The notes: generated by a model from the letters alone, not told the origin. 64,000 nucleotides of DNA from Klebsormidium nitens (GCA_000708835.1 DF237266.1:1-64000); one strand, 5' to 3'; shown: positions 23,298-36,883, counted from the first letter of the stretch. Numbers and translations: made by a program.

Positions 23298-23760
23298 GGC
23301 ACTGGTAGGACGCTGCTCATAAAATGAATCCAAAGAATAGCACGGCCGGCCTCCAGAGGTGAATCGGAAGTGGGATCCTGCTGCTTGTCGGAGGCTTTGA
23401 TGCATTGGCAAGCAGTCCACAGCCCTAGTTCTGCGCAGCTGGACAGGTTACTCCACTATTGAAGAAGCATTCATTGATGTGTATTCAACTTGTCTCCAAC
23501 AATACCTTCATTGAAACAAAGGGGGCAGAGTCTTAGCATCAGTTTTTCAAATATTCTACACCTTACTTCTATGTACCGTCAAGCTGTCAACTGCCACTGC
23601 ATCCGTAGCTCAGCAACGACGGTCAGCGCACGTTCAGTTAGGCTCTCCTCCCTCTGCGCTTTGTGGCGAGTCAGACCATCTCATGTTCCATGAAGCTCGT
23701 TGACTGGACCCTGATACTTCGAAAGTAGCCCCTGCAGACACACAGACGACTCAATCCTCA

Positions 23761-24171
23761 ATGCTGACAGCAAAGCAGCGTACAGTTGTATGCAAACCCG
23801 CGGCTGGCAGCTTCCAGGTCAGTGACGAGCATTGGAAGCAGCATTCATGGGGCAGGGCTGCACAGTCTCCCCGCGCTGCTGGCATCAAGAGGGAAACTGT
23901 CCAAGAAACAGACGGCACTGACGGGGAAGATGAGGGGATTGATTCAGTTCTGGCTTGCGGCTCTTTGCTGATAGTTCTTTCACTACTCTTGTTGGGCTCT
24001 GCCGCATATGCGCTTGTCATATCAAAGCTGCTCCCTGAAACTGGCAACTGGATCATCGATTCCATCAAGCAAGATAGATACTATTGCTTCCTGATTCCTT
24101 TGACATTGCCTGTTACTTTTCTGGCAGTCTACTTTCATTGGCTAAGTCTCAAGTTTTTCAAGCACGCTTGA
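23761..24171 (+). CDS. PIGY: GPI-GlcNAc transferase complex subunit Y (PIG-Y family) small membrane protein
   Basis: Two hydrophobic helices with the plant PIG-Y-like C-terminus LVISKLLPETGNWIIDSIKQDRYYCFLIPLTLPVTFLAVYFHWLSLKFFKHA*. The true start codon is uncertain. Confidence 0.8.
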   Translation: MLTAKQRTVVCKPAAGSFQVSDEHWKQHSWGRAAQSPRAAGIKRETVQETDGTDGEDEGIDSVLACGSLLIVLSLLLLGSAAYALVISKLLPETGNWIIDSIKQDRYYCFLIPLTLPVTFLAVYFHWLSLKFFKHA

Positions 24172-25844
24172 TCACAGACAAAGGTGCCACTACACAATCA
24201 AGGACAAGATTGCTGTTCGGGGTACTTCATACCAGGTTTGCGAACTTCTAAGATTTGCTACAAGTGTTAGACACTTACCTGCAGATACATAGTTGCACTC
24301 GGCTTAGTAGTACAGCCAAGGAGGTCAATTTTGGCCCCCAATCGACCCTAGACTCGTGCATTGTCAACTCCTATGTGGCTGCCACAAATTATTAATGTGC
24401 TTTCCAAAAGGACTTCATCATTCTATTGATTGGGTCACTAACGGGAGGGGAAGACCGCAGATTCCGTTAACATGTCACTTGATTCAAAGGTAAGAAAACG
24501 CTGCGCTTAATTCAGTGGCCCAATTGCAAAACTCCCGGTGCATCTTGCTACCTCAGTCATTTCTTGCATGCAACAGGATCGACTGACAGCTTAAATGTAT
24601 GACATAGGTGGCATGTCAAGCTGGCGGGATGCATTGTGTCTCATGCAAAATATAGACGGTCTAGCAAGGGTCTAGTGCCGCGCTAGCTGAAGCTGCCGGA
24701 TGCTCGCTGTAAACCATTGAAGGAACTCCGTTATTGGTTATCCACTTAAATAATTATACATCCCGTCAATATGATATCCTTAACACTTTCATCGTTTCAA
24801 CATGGCCAGGCTGTGCATTGGCATGAATCGTACTAATCGACTTTTCAGAGTTGTCAAGCTTAGAGCTAGTAGTGCTAGTACTTATTCAAGGAGCTAGTCA
24901 GCACAAGGCTTCTTCGTCATTGCAACTCTTAAGACGTAATTTGGTATGAGCTTGGTCGGCGCGAGTAGTCAAAGCATGTTTGGAGCATGTGGTTCGGCGG
25001 CGGCCAGTGCGAGAATTACAACCATATCTTGATATCTACAGCGCAAATGTCACGCGGCGGGTCCGTCTCATCCCGCCACTGATATGTAATGTGGCTGGGG
25101 CGTGCTGTGATTGCGAGCCGCCCTGGCCCATGGCAACGTGTCGAATGAGGCGGCCTATAGACTTCTGCAGCATCCGACAGTCACTGCATGCTTGCGAGCT
25201 GGCAAGTCAAAACCTACAGAGTAGATAGCATGACTCTGGCTGGCGTGCAGCTAGCCAGAAGACTCGTCAATCATGCCGCTGGTGCCAGCATGATAATTAC
25301 TGGCAGGCTACCATGTGTACTTTCACCCGCTGCATGCGTTCAAGTTTCTCGGTCATGGTCCATTTGCCCCAGAATCGGTAATACCGATCATTGCCATGGG
25401 CCTTTTGCGAGCGTGTGCCCAGCCAGTCTCAAATTGTATCTAGCTAGTCTAACATCCATGCTGCTCTATAGCTAGCCAGAACCCCACTGGCAGGCTGCCT
25501 TCAGCGCCGGACCGTCCCACCTTTCAGTGGGCGAGTCTCGACAGCGACACTCAAGAGACGGTTCGAGTAGCCGGGGGCAAAAACTGCTGGCAGCTGCGAT
25601 GTCAAGTTCTCAACCGTCTCGCTTATATCTTTTAGACCTTTATTTCTACTGGCATGACCAATCGAATGCTCTTGTAAAGAGCAACCTGTATGGCGCCGAA
25701 AATGTCCGGCTCGCCTGGTAGCATACACAATTCTCAGGTGCGAAGCAGTAGGTAGCATCTCAGCCGACACGTCGGCAGTGAAGACGTTGAGTTGCAGATC
25801 CTTACTCAGTAGGATTGCGTATATACAAATACCTGCTTCGCCCG

Positions 25845-28800
25845 TCAAGAAACACAGGTTTTCTGTCCACTGTCCGTGACGTCAAAAGCTTGCTCTTCCC
25901 CTCGCCAACCGCAAGCATTGACCTTACGGGCGCTAAGATCGTGCAACAGCAATCTCACGACGTTCTCCGCAAAAAGGGCCGCACACTCAGTGGCACTCGC
26001 CGCATTTTCGTACGAGTTTATATAGTACAGAAGGCCCTTCTCGTCGAACTTGATTGGTGCAAAAATTTCGGGTGCGGAGTAGTGCGGGTAAGCGGACCAC
26101 TCCACCCGGACCGTCTCGTTCCTTTGCCTGCACACAAGCAGGAACACATTCTAAGAGGGTACTAAATCGTTCCTCTATTTTTGACGGCTTCGTCAGGTCG
26201 CACCACAAATATTCAAGCGGGTCTGGTTACGAGTGAGGAAGATTCAGATTCTGCCTTCCTTAATAATAATGATAATCTGATTTTCCGGCTCTTCAATCGT
26301 TCATCGAAGTGGACAAGGCAAGATTATGACGAGCGTAGCAGCCGCTTCTCTGCTTGCACTTCAAACAGGGACAAACAAACGCCAAAGTAGGCGTCGCGCA
26401 TGAAAATGAAACTTTCGACCATCAAATCAGATAGGATGCAGCAGATAGGATGCAGCATACAGGATACCTGTTCCTTCAGAAACTGCAAATATAGTCATAC
26501 TTGGACTGAAGCAGATTCTGAAGCCCTTGCAAATGAGGCATGCATCCGATCGAAGGCTCTCGCACCAGGTCAAGGCTGCCTGCTATCTTTTCATGAAGAA
26601 ACTTGACCTTAAAAGTATACGAAGAGCGCAATCAAAAACCCTACCGAAAGATCTGGTCCAGCGCCGCATCGTCGAGCTTCTCCCGCGAGAAGACCTTGAA
26701 CGCAAAGTCGCCGCGGTCGGGGTACGCTCTGATGACGCCAATCGACGAGAAGTTGACGGCGGGGCTCTCGGTGGTGGCGATCAGCTTCGGGAGGTCTGTA
26801 CCGGAGGGCTGCCCAAAGAACGCCTGGAGACGCAAGAGGTACCGATCAACCAGAGCGCATGCAGGGGTCGTTTTCGTCATTCGAGTGCATGAGGGGGAAT
26901 GCGGAAAAGACGATATGAAGCCGCCAACCATCTTGCAGGTCACCGAGGATCTGACGCACCCGCCTTTACAGCATCACGCAAATGGCGCTAGAATCTTAAA
27001 AAAGTTGAAGTCGAAGCAGAGAGGGAGTGTCCGAGGAGAATTTTTGTAGCCAAGAAGGGGGTGTTGAGTCCCCTTCCGAACTAAGCTGTCGAGCCGAGCG
27101 TCAAAAGTACCGCCTGGATGTATATTGTACCTCCTGGTGCTTTGGCTCGTGCGGTGGGAAATTTCAATGGGCATCGAGAGGACTTTTGCACCCCCACCAA
27201 CGCCTTATAGATTCTGGAACTATCTGGTGGCGATTGAACACATCTTTTTCAATGATTTCCATCTTTCCTACGGACCGAGTCTGCAAACACTTCCAGCAAC
27301 CTGCTACAAACGCCGAGGACGTGGCTTTTGCGCTTCGTATCCCTGGGTCAAAGAATCGCTTTTCAAAGTTACGCTTTCTCACCGGGTTCAGATTTCCCCT
27401 CAGAAACGTTGCGTGCGTCGTCTGCATCTTGCGGGGAGGCACCTTAACCGCGGGGTTAAAATGCAGGTTAGGTGCGTTCTCCAGAGGGGTGGCAACCAGA
27501 ACCGCGTCGAACAGGTTAGGAGCCTGGGGGTTGGTTGTCTCCAGCTTGTAGCCCTTGGGGGTGGTCGTGACTGACAGGACAGTCGTGTTCAAATGCACCG
27601 TTGCACCTGCAGAGGAGAAAACAGATTCTGTCTTTAAGAGTCGTCGCTCACAACCCTGGATATTGCATAGGTACCTCGTCTTGTCATTTCGGGATCTCCA
27701 AAGCTTGGTGCAGTGATTGGAATATTTAGTCCACTCTGGTGCAACAGCGTTTTGAGGATTGAGGTTTCTAAACCATCAAATCGTCCCCTTACCTCAAAAC
27801 CAGGCTGCTTGCTACCACACCCGGAAAATCCGCACAGGTTCTGGAACAACACATACTCTCGAAGGTTCCAACCGCGCTTGAGGACCCTAACACGGGAGCC
27901 CAACCTGGCGAACCTGGAAAGCACAGCTCGCGGGAAAACCGGTAAGCGTTCCCGAGACCGCACCTGAGAGGGCAAGGAGGCCTTCCGGGATCCGCTGCAG
28001 GCCTTGCGCAAACCCGACGGTGTTGCCGTCCCCACCAGCCATCGACACTCCGCCAGCGAGCCCGCTGATCGTCTGCAAGAAATAGCAGAGCGCGAGCGAC
28101 CGATTTCGCCTCGGCTTTTCGGCGACCCTGCAGTCATCCTGGAGCGCTGGCCGGCTCATGGAGTACCGTAATGGGCGAATTTCCTTGCTAGCTGCTCGTC
28201 GAAAATGGAGCCGACAGTCGGCGTATCACAGTCGATCGTTGCAAGCTTCGTCGTCAGCAGTCTGTCAAGTCATGAGGTGCCTGACATAACGTCAGGTTTC
28301 CAAGGGGGCACCACGAACGTGATACGGCAGGGAGCCCCAGGGAAGGAAATCTGCCTCCTCGAAATAACAGGCAACATTCGCGGCTCTGCTCCTCAACTCA
28401 ACCTCGTCTAGCAGCCTCTGGTCAAACAGAAGAGATGCAAAACGGCCCCAACGTTTCCATCACGTGTTTGCATCTTCAAGGCGGGTAGGCCGGAAATGAT
28501 CCAAAGAGCAGTCCCCTTCGGCGGTTTGTATTACAATCCTCCTCTCTGTCTCTGAAACAGACGGTGAAACTGCAGGCGAATGATACTGTTTGTCGTGAGC
28601 GGTGCACCTGGTTCCAGGGACTGAGCCTGAATGAAGGAAACATGGCAAAAGAAGAAACACGATTTTGCAATGATTGTGCGCAGATTCTGAGACTTCCGGA
28701 GCTGAGCAGTAATGCAACCGGAGTCGACCAAAAAACGCTGAACGAGTCCCGTGCACTGACCGTGTTCTGGCCATAGTTGATGCGGGAGATTGCTACACAA

Positions 28801-30848
28801 ATCTCGTTGATGAACAGCGGGTCCACGCCGTGCGCCAGCAGCTCCTCTGCCAGCTGGCGCTGCGTCGGGGCGTAAAGCCCCATGTCTGACAGCAGCGCCT
28901 CCATGCTGGCGTAAGGGGTGACAGCGATCTTGTCGTAAATGGTCGTGAAATTAGCCAGCATTGCCTGCGGGGAGGTGGGATGGCTCAGAACTTTCAGGTT
29001 CCGCATTGGCTGAAATGGGGGAGCGCTCATCTACGATCCTCAAGTTCGATAAGAACGGTTTAAAACGATCACGTGGAAACACAGATTTCGTTCAGAGTTT
29101 GGCTGAAGCGGTACTGTACAAAGTTGCACGCGAAATGGAAATTTGAAGCTGGCGAGCCTAGCAGTTTCGGTCGACGCGGAATTTGCAATTGCTAGGGGGC
29201 ATCACCAAGGCCGGTTCTAAAGGGTGGGAGTAGTGTGAGGAAACCTGATGCTATCGTCTTGGCCAACGGGGCAACATACGCCAACATCGTCTTGTAAAAA
29301 GTAGTCAGCCTGGCTCGCATCACTTGTGCCACTGACTGAGAGTGGCCCATAAGGTGTAAGGAGCAAGACCGATGCGCGTTAAGTGGCCCTTCCATGAATC
29401 TTGTACGTTTGGGAGGATATTTGTCAGATTCTGCCAAAAAGGCACCTGCCAAGCGTAAGATAACAGGGGAATGCAAAGTCCCCTTTCAACCATGGGATCG
29501 TTCGCATCGATGAGATCCTTGATCTTTAGGCTCTCTTGATGCCTTTACGAGAACGTACCGTGACATACTGCTGCTCCCAGATGGGCGACAGGCCGTAGCG
29601 CCAGAGCATGCGCATGCGCGTGACCCACGAGTCCAGGAAACGCGCCCACCAGGCACCGCTCCCCACCACACTGTCCAATCGAAGCACGAACTCATGGCCG
29701 TTCCAGATTCCGAGAGACGGGCCAACGTACACTGGCTCTGCTTCTGTCAGGTTCAACATCTGCAGAACGGTTTTATGGATGAAGGCTTTAAGCATTCCCG
29801 CAAGACTCAAAGGTTGAACAAGGATGGCTTCAATGTGTAAGGATTGAAAAGTCAGGTGCTAACATTCTCACTCTTGGTGAGTCCACTTTGTTCAGATTTG
29901 TTTGAATTTCCACACCTGTGGATTGCGCCCGTGATCTTACCGCATAAAGGAGAGAAAGAATACCTTTTGATGTCTCCAGGAACTTAAAACTTGCCCGCGT
30001 CAACGGACAGCTTCTCTGCAGTCTGACAGATCAGACAGCAGAGTGCCCTTCTGAGAGAATTGTTCTGGAAGGCTCCGAAAAGTTAGCACATGGATGTTGA
30101 GAGGTAGTCGCCTAGCAGTGTGGCCAACTTCTCTCCAAGTCTTTGCTTAGCAACGAGCACGAATATTCCGCTAAGCTCACAAGTGTTCAGCTTGCTTTCA
30201 ATGCATGCTCCACAGTCAGAGGTCAGAAAGCTTGGACGATGTGTTCAAAAGACAAGGAACGCATGCCGGCGCTCTTGCTCAAAGACCGAAACATCGAAAC
30301 CTGAGGCCTCTTGAATATACTTCTGGTTCTGCAATATGGTCTGCAAAGCTTGGAGAACCTAACACCTGCAGTGCAATCCACCGGCAAATTCTGGTGAAAA
30401 AGAGGTGCAAAATCATACCACCACCATCACTTCCAATCCTTTTTGCGCAATATGTCCAAGTTGAGAAAGCTTGACACTGCCTGCAAAAGTGGCTAGATAA
30501 CACCTTCTGCAACATAATATTAACAATGAGAATGCAGGACAATTCTAAGTACTTCACCTTTGCAAAGCCCATCATGTGCTTGTTGAGTCTGTGCACAATT
30601 GTGGCCCCCGCTTCAAACCGGTCACCCGCCAAATACACGTCCTTGACCCGCCCCCCCACATACTCGTGCTGTTCGAACACATGGACCTCATGAGTGGGGT
30701 CTTCTTTGTTGAGAAAGTAAGCTGCAGAGCTCCCCGCCACGCCGCTGCCAATGATCGCCACCTTGACTGCAGCTGTTGGGGCAACCAACAGGTTAAGCAG
30801 GAGGAGGGGGGCAAATGCAACGATCGAACAAGCTTTTGAGATGGCCAT
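25845..30848 (-). CDS. FCLY: Farnesylcysteine lyase / prenylcysteine oxidase (FAD-dependent)
   Basis: Signal peptide, then the Rossmann motif VAIIGSGVAGSSAAYFL...VFEQHEYVGGRV and FEAGATIVHRLNKHM. Later exons: SLGIWNGHEFV, RMLWRYGLS, FINEICVAISRINYGQ, ISGLAGGVSMAG, FDAVLVATPLE, RKMQTTHATFLRGNLNP, FKVFSREKL, WSAYPHYSAPEIFAP, YYINSYENAASATECAALFAENVVRL. The 3' end is uncertain. Confidence 0.88.
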
Positions 30849-31742
30849 TGTATCCCGGCCTTCCCTAGACTTTTGAGCACATCAAACTTGCGTGTGACAA
30901 GAACTTAGAGAAGATGAACTTTTCATGGAGGGCAAATTCAATCCAGAGCTTTTAGGCTTCCTATTGCAGCTTGCACTTCTCAACTTCAAGAATCAGAACG
31001 TCCATCGACGCTGGTTGAACTTGCAGGAGCTAATGATAGCGCGGCCGCGCCCGCACTCAATGTCAAATCCTCGAGAGCACTCCCCCTGCCAGTCACCCTG
31101 ACGTCGGACATGACGTCTCCCGAATCGCATAATGTCATTGTATGTGCATGCCGCCAGGGCTTTCCAGCTGAAAAGCTCGTCGTTGTCCTCAGTGGCTTCT
31201 CAGCTTGCCTTCAAGTTCCAGAGCTTCTCTTCACTGTATTTGCCTTCGGCGGCCCCCTTGATCCATCTTGAATGAGGGATCGTGTAGCGAGCATTCTATT
31301 GTTATTTTAGGTTGCAGATCACACTCAAGACCAGCAAGACACGGACTCAAGATCAAGAACTCCAAGTCAGCAACAGCTGACAACATTCTATAGAGCCGCA
31401 GTTGATGAGAGCTGAGAAAGGATGGCCGAAACAATGTTAGTGAGAGCAGCATCAGCAATTTGGAGACAGAGGTGATGCATTCGCTGAATCATAGTTCGTT
31501 CTAAAGGATAATCCAAATAGCTTGAAGCCTGATTGCCCTGTGTTAGAAGGGCTAGCTCTGGCGCTAGACATTCGCAGATTCTGAAAGAGCAAAGCTGACA
31601 GACAGCAGTGACGCCTGGTTATAGAACGTTTTGCAAACACAGACTGCCACACAGGCTCATGCAGAGGATTGTTTGACATGCCCTGCTCTGGCCACACACT
31701 TTCAATATGGTCAGTTTGAGTGAAGAGCATATGGGAACACTA

Positions 31743-34700
31743 ATGGGCAGGCTAACCAAGCTGAAAAGGGCAAGCATAATAAGAATTTTGTTTGTAGTTT
31801 CGGCTTGTGTGGCCATTCTCGTCATGGTGGGGCAATCAAGAGCTTCCTATCATCCCAAGGCAACTCCTCGCTTCTACATGAAGGTGACCTGCTAGTACGC
31901 TCTCTATGTTCCCATGTGCCCAGCCCGCCTGCTTCTCCTGGTTGACAGCTTATCAATGGGGGTTGGATTCTTTGGAAGGTGTGGTAGGCTCCCTTGGATC
32001 AGTACTTGACCCCTTCAGAGCTTGCAAGATGCTGAGCTCATCTTATTTTGGGAGCTGGTAATGCAAGTAGCCTCAGCTTGAATGTTGTTCCTCCCCAAAG
32101 ACAATGATAACCTTCGTCCTGTTTACCTGTGTCTATCAGGAAGAGGAAATTGCGGTTAGCGTGACCAAAATGACGTCCGCCAAGACACGGGTGCAGCAAG
32201 ATTACTATTCTCTCCCATTTTGCCCCCCAGAGGACGTCACAAATATGGAGAAGGGAATGACAGCTCGGCGCCTCAAAATTCTTCTTACAAGGTGAGCGTC
32301 TTGGTTTCTCCAGTCCATATACTTAATGAGAAGATCAGCTAGATTTGGGGTTTGTGGGTTCAAATATGGATGATGGTCAAGAATCAGATTGCTCTGGATT
32401 TCTTTGACCTTGGGCCTGGTTGAAACATGTAAAGAAGCTGCTTCAAACTGGACGGCCAAGTTGTGAAAATCTGTATGCAATAGGCAGTGTTGGGCCCTCA
32501 GAATGACTGTAGCAAAAAGAATGGGGATTCAGAATGCCATAGGCAGTGTTGGGCCCTGAGTATAGCTTCATCAAAGAGAATGAGAATCAGTGCGCAATAT
32601 GCAGTTTTGAGCCCTGATATGGCTTTGCTGGACAGCGCAGCTCTTACAGCTCGACCTACTTCCAGGCAAGATGACAAATGAGCAGGGAATCTCCGTAAGC
32701 AGGGAATGTGTTTTGGGTAAGAGACTTTGATTTATACGCATCTTTTTGGTTGTCATTGAATTTCAAAAGTCTAACCCTCTTCCATGCTGCGCAGTTCCAC
32801 TTCCTTGCTGCCCAAACAATGCTGAAGAGACAGCAGTGTCTGGTCAGCTGCAAACTTGGCAGCCTTTCCAAAGCTGATGCCACAGCTTTCAAGGAGCGCA
32901 TTGAGGCCGAGTACCGAGTCCACATGTGAGTCTTCGCTTTTGGAGCCCTCTCTTCCAGCCCTCGCAGCTTGCGGCGCACTCTGGGTGCCAGACTTTGTGT
33001 GTTTGCATTTGGAAACCTACTCTGTTTCGCGAATCGGCTAAAAAAATTCTTACTTTGGATCTCGCGAGTACAAGATCTGCTTGAGGGCCTTCGGATTGGA
33101 TACACGAGCACTTTGTTGTGTTTACCCCTGCTTTTATATCACCCGTTTTAGGACTCTTGACGGTCTGCCGATTGCAACAGTCAGGGTCTTGACCAAGGAC
33201 GGTGTTCCCTACAAAGCCTACGACCAGGGCTATCCAATCGGCTTCAAAGCTCTTGATGTGAGCAGCTTAACTCCTTTGACTTGCCCATCTGTGAATACTA
33301 AGACCGGTCTTGAGATTGTGGCAGTTCTGTAATATCTTCGTATTCTGCAATCGCAGCGTTGGCCTTGAACTTCAGAATTTCGAAGTTCGAGTCATCTACG
33401 GTCGGAAATCCACTTACTTGAATCAGTTCTGTTTTGTTGTCCGACTGCCAAAGTTTTGCCAACGGGCCAAGTAGCATCAATTCTGGCGGTTACCTGTCCT
33501 TGCACTTTCAATAACCCTTGGAGGTGGCACATGTCTGCTTCGTGCCGCCCTTTTGACCTGAGTCGGATGGTCAAAACGTCCCAGTGCGGTAACTGAAGGC
33601 CACATCATTGACGCTTGCTCTAGCATAAGCCTTTTGCCGAAATGGCTACACCCTACTCAAGCCACAGGCAGAAGTTTGACGCAGTCTGACTGCGTGCTTG
33701 GATGTTGCAGGCAACCGGTGTAGAACATTTCTTCTTGTACAACCATCTTCGCTTCTACGTGTTATATTACAAAGAGACATACGATGCTGAGCTTGGACAG
33801 ATCGTCGGCTTTGAGGTCGAGCCGTTAAGGTGGGTTTACTTTGAAACCAACAACATTTCGCGTTCCTCCTATGCTTTGAAGTTGCTGCACCAAGCACGAC
33901 CCTGATATTGGAATGACAATCGAACCATTGTTTTAAAAGTATACTTCGGTTGAAGGGAACTAACCGTACTTTTGTAACGATAAGCTTTGCTTCCAGCTAG
34001 TGACCTTGGCGTGTTCTCGAGACGTTGGGACTCAGCCGTTGCTCTCTAGGAGCGCCTTTGTTTCCAATCTGCAAGGAGGTTCCGCTAGTGCAAAGTAATA
34101 GTGTTGTCAACAATTGTTGGGCCTTGTAAGACCCGCGTTTCGGATACTCTCCGTTGCTGCTCGAGCTTCTTGAATGCGAATCTGGCAAGAGAATATCAAT
34201 CGATAAATGGTCACTTGTCGAACATGTTGCGGACATGTCAAATGTGGGCCCGTTTCACGGACGCCTCAGGAGGCATACCCTTCTCTATCGAAACAACGAT
34301 TACTTGTTTCTTGTGCGGAACTCCAGCGCCTACAACAGTTTATAGTGTGTCCTGGTTTTCCCGCAGTGCGAAGCACAAGTATGAGGCTCCTTGGAACGCC
34401 GAGGCGCCCCTACTGTCGACCTGCAACCCGATGACGATGACGTTTGTGATGCCGGGGGACATGCCCCAAGCATTGGAAATGGGCGAGGAGATTATTTTCA
34501 CCTATGACGTCGTCTGGATGGTGCGCCCTCGTCAGCACGTTTCTTCCACGTTCGAATCATAGCGGGATCATAGCGCAGCGATCAACCATTCGGTCCGACC
34601 ACTTGGGTCTGGTCGCGCGGAAGCAAATCTTGTGTCATATGACATTCGAGGACATTCTTCGTTTTGGAGCTTCGTTTTGGAGCTCTGAAACAAAGATGGA

Positions 34701-35393
34701 ACGCAAACCTCTTTAACTTGCGCCTATTCTTACGCGCCTAGACCGAGCCAACTCGAAAAGACCGTAGCTCGTTCCGTTGTTGGTCCTAGATCCAGTTCCA
34801 TTGCGAGTGCACTACCGATGCTTGATGAGGATCGGTTTCCCTGTTTTCCGCAGACAGAAACCTTTTACGAAGAAGCTGATGCGAATCCTGAAAGAATCCA
34901 ATCTAACAATCCTGATCATATAGCAGGAAGGCCAAGGGACTTGATCGAAGCCACTCTTTAAGCTGTTCAGAATAAAGCTCCTCGGCCTCCAGTCTAAGAG
35001 AAGGTCATTTCAAGAAACAGTAATTGTCACACTGGGACGGGTCCGATCGGTTGGATTCAGAGGCAAAATGAAAGCTAGCCTTCTCGTGGTTTCAGTCTCT
35101 TCCTGTTTCCGATGATTACCATCCTAAACCTGCTTGAAGTATTGAACGAAAAGCGGCAGCCTCCTCTGCCACTTCTGGACTCAAAAACGATACGCATCTG
35201 ACACGCTGTTGGAAGATGTGACAATCCAGCTCTGAATCCTGGCATCCTAATCCCTATGCATAGCCTCTTCTGCATTCACCATTTCAAGTGGAGCCTAACA
35301 CCCGTCTTTTCTCTTGGTCGCCTGCAGGTCAGCGACATCCCCTGGGCACGTCGTTGGGACACGTACCTCCTGAAGGAGTCGACCCAAAACTAG
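31743..35393 (+). CDS. TM9SF/EMP70 (TMN) family gene encoding only signal peptide and luminal domain; stop codon precedes the nine TM helices (truncated gene or pseudogene)
   Basis: Exons: MGRLTKLKRASIIRILFVVSACVAILVMVGQSRASY..., VSVTKMTSAKTRVQQDYYSLPFC, AFKERIEAEYRVHM-TLDGLP, YDQGYPIGFK, FLYNHLRFYVLY...IVGFEVEPL, EEIIFTYDVVWM-VSDIPWARRWDTYLLKESTQN* (TAG 35391-35393). The exon 2-3 junction (donor after 32291) could not be resolved unambiguously. Confidence 0.75.
32480..32617. repeat. Degenerate intronic tandem repeat, ~59-bp period, 2-3 copies
   Basis: ATAGGCAGTGTTGGGCCCT occurs at 32480 and 32539, with a degenerate third copy ATATGCAGTTTTGAGCCCTG at 32597. Confidence 0.7.
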
Positions 35394-36883
35394 CTGACCA
35401 CGAATTTAGGGGAAGGAGACCTTTGATCTGACCTCCGGCTTTACGGTCTAATCGTGTGGCGCCAGCATATGGGCCGGGTGTCGGATCATGAATAGAAGCT
35501 GCGAGTCGACAGCATCGAAAGCTTGAACGCTTGCAACCAAGTAAGAGCACTATCCGTTGTCGCGTCCTCCAACAGTTCTCCGCCATGACCTGGTCGTAGA
35601 GAATGGCAGTGGCCGACGATGGGGCCCGGCGAACATCACAATCTCTTCTCGAGTGTAACTGAGCGCGACGAGTCTTGTCCTTTATAATTTCGAGGCGCCC
35701 AACAGCTCCTAAGAGGAGTTTTTTTGAAATATGGGCGAGGCGCCCAACAGCTTCTTTGGGAGACATTCCATCTTTCAAAGGAAAGGACTCGTCACGCTTA
35801 CTTACACAGCTCATAACCAAAACATTATCTTTTCCCAAAGCCTCCAGGAACGTGGAGACACTCAGAACTTGACACGTGTTGCCCGAACTACTGTCCCCTG
35901 TACTGACGCCTGCCCCACATGTGCCAAGCTCGTTGGGCTCATTGCCCCAGACAATTGAAGACCGCTAAAAATTGAGATGCATGAATTACAGCCTTCAAAA
36001 TTCATCAGTGACATAGCTTGCCGATCGACCAAGTGCATCATGGTGATCTTTCAATCAATCTGGGGCCATGTGGGTCGAAAGTTCCGAAGTTAGAATTAAC
36101 CATCTTCAGGTTTGAGCTCCGATCCCGACGAAACTTTCATGGATGCATGGGTACGTGCAATTACGATGCTACATACACGACCGCGTACATGATCTAGCTG
36201 CAATGCGTTGAGCATGTCGAGGATACATGTTCGATAATATGATACTTAGTAGTCATCTGCATGCCCGCTGCCAAGCAGATCGTTGAGCTTGTAGTCGACA
36301 TCGAACCGTCCGATGCGCGCCATGGGCTGCATATCGTACTGATTGCAATGTTGTGCGTGTATGGTCTGATCATGCACTGAGTTGCCGGCCGCGCACTCAG
36401 TGCAATTCTGGCATGACTAACTTTGACACGGCGCTGCCAAAATCCAGCATGCAAGATCGGATTGCCATGCAACTATATACACCAGTTCAACAACATGGCT
36501 TGTGTGAAATATCTCTGCATTGATGGACAAAGCAAGTTTTGCATCCGGATCGAATAATTAATATCCAAATCCCGCCATCTGGGCAAAGGTCGGACTGGGC
36601 CATGACCAGGCCCCTTAGCTAGAAGCTTAAAGCTGCCACAACGCTGTGCGCATTACAAGTTGACCCCTATTGAGGACCAAATGGAAAAGCAATCCGTTTG
36701 AAGGTTTGGAAAGAAACAATAGACCGCTGCCTACGAAACTGCCTTTAAGAACCAGTTCACGAATCAACCTATGGTACAGAGGCAGCAAGCAATGAATGAT
36801 AACATTACACATGATAAGAATGCAGGCTGAGAGTCAACCATCTGGGCCCAATTGCAGCTCTCCATGAGCTTTGAGCCGCTACT

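Noticed and set aside
22617-23420. Minus-strand ORFs on both sides of the MULE as one gene disrupted by the insertion
   Set aside because: Removing the element and one TSD does not join them in frame: the upstream frame stops after TFHQAVVLQLH, and the other frames are short.
24273-24281. ACTTACCTG resembling the U1 snRNA 5' end
   Set aside because: There is no U1 stem-loop or Sm-site context. It is simply a reverse-complement CAG|GTAAGT, with no supported exon.
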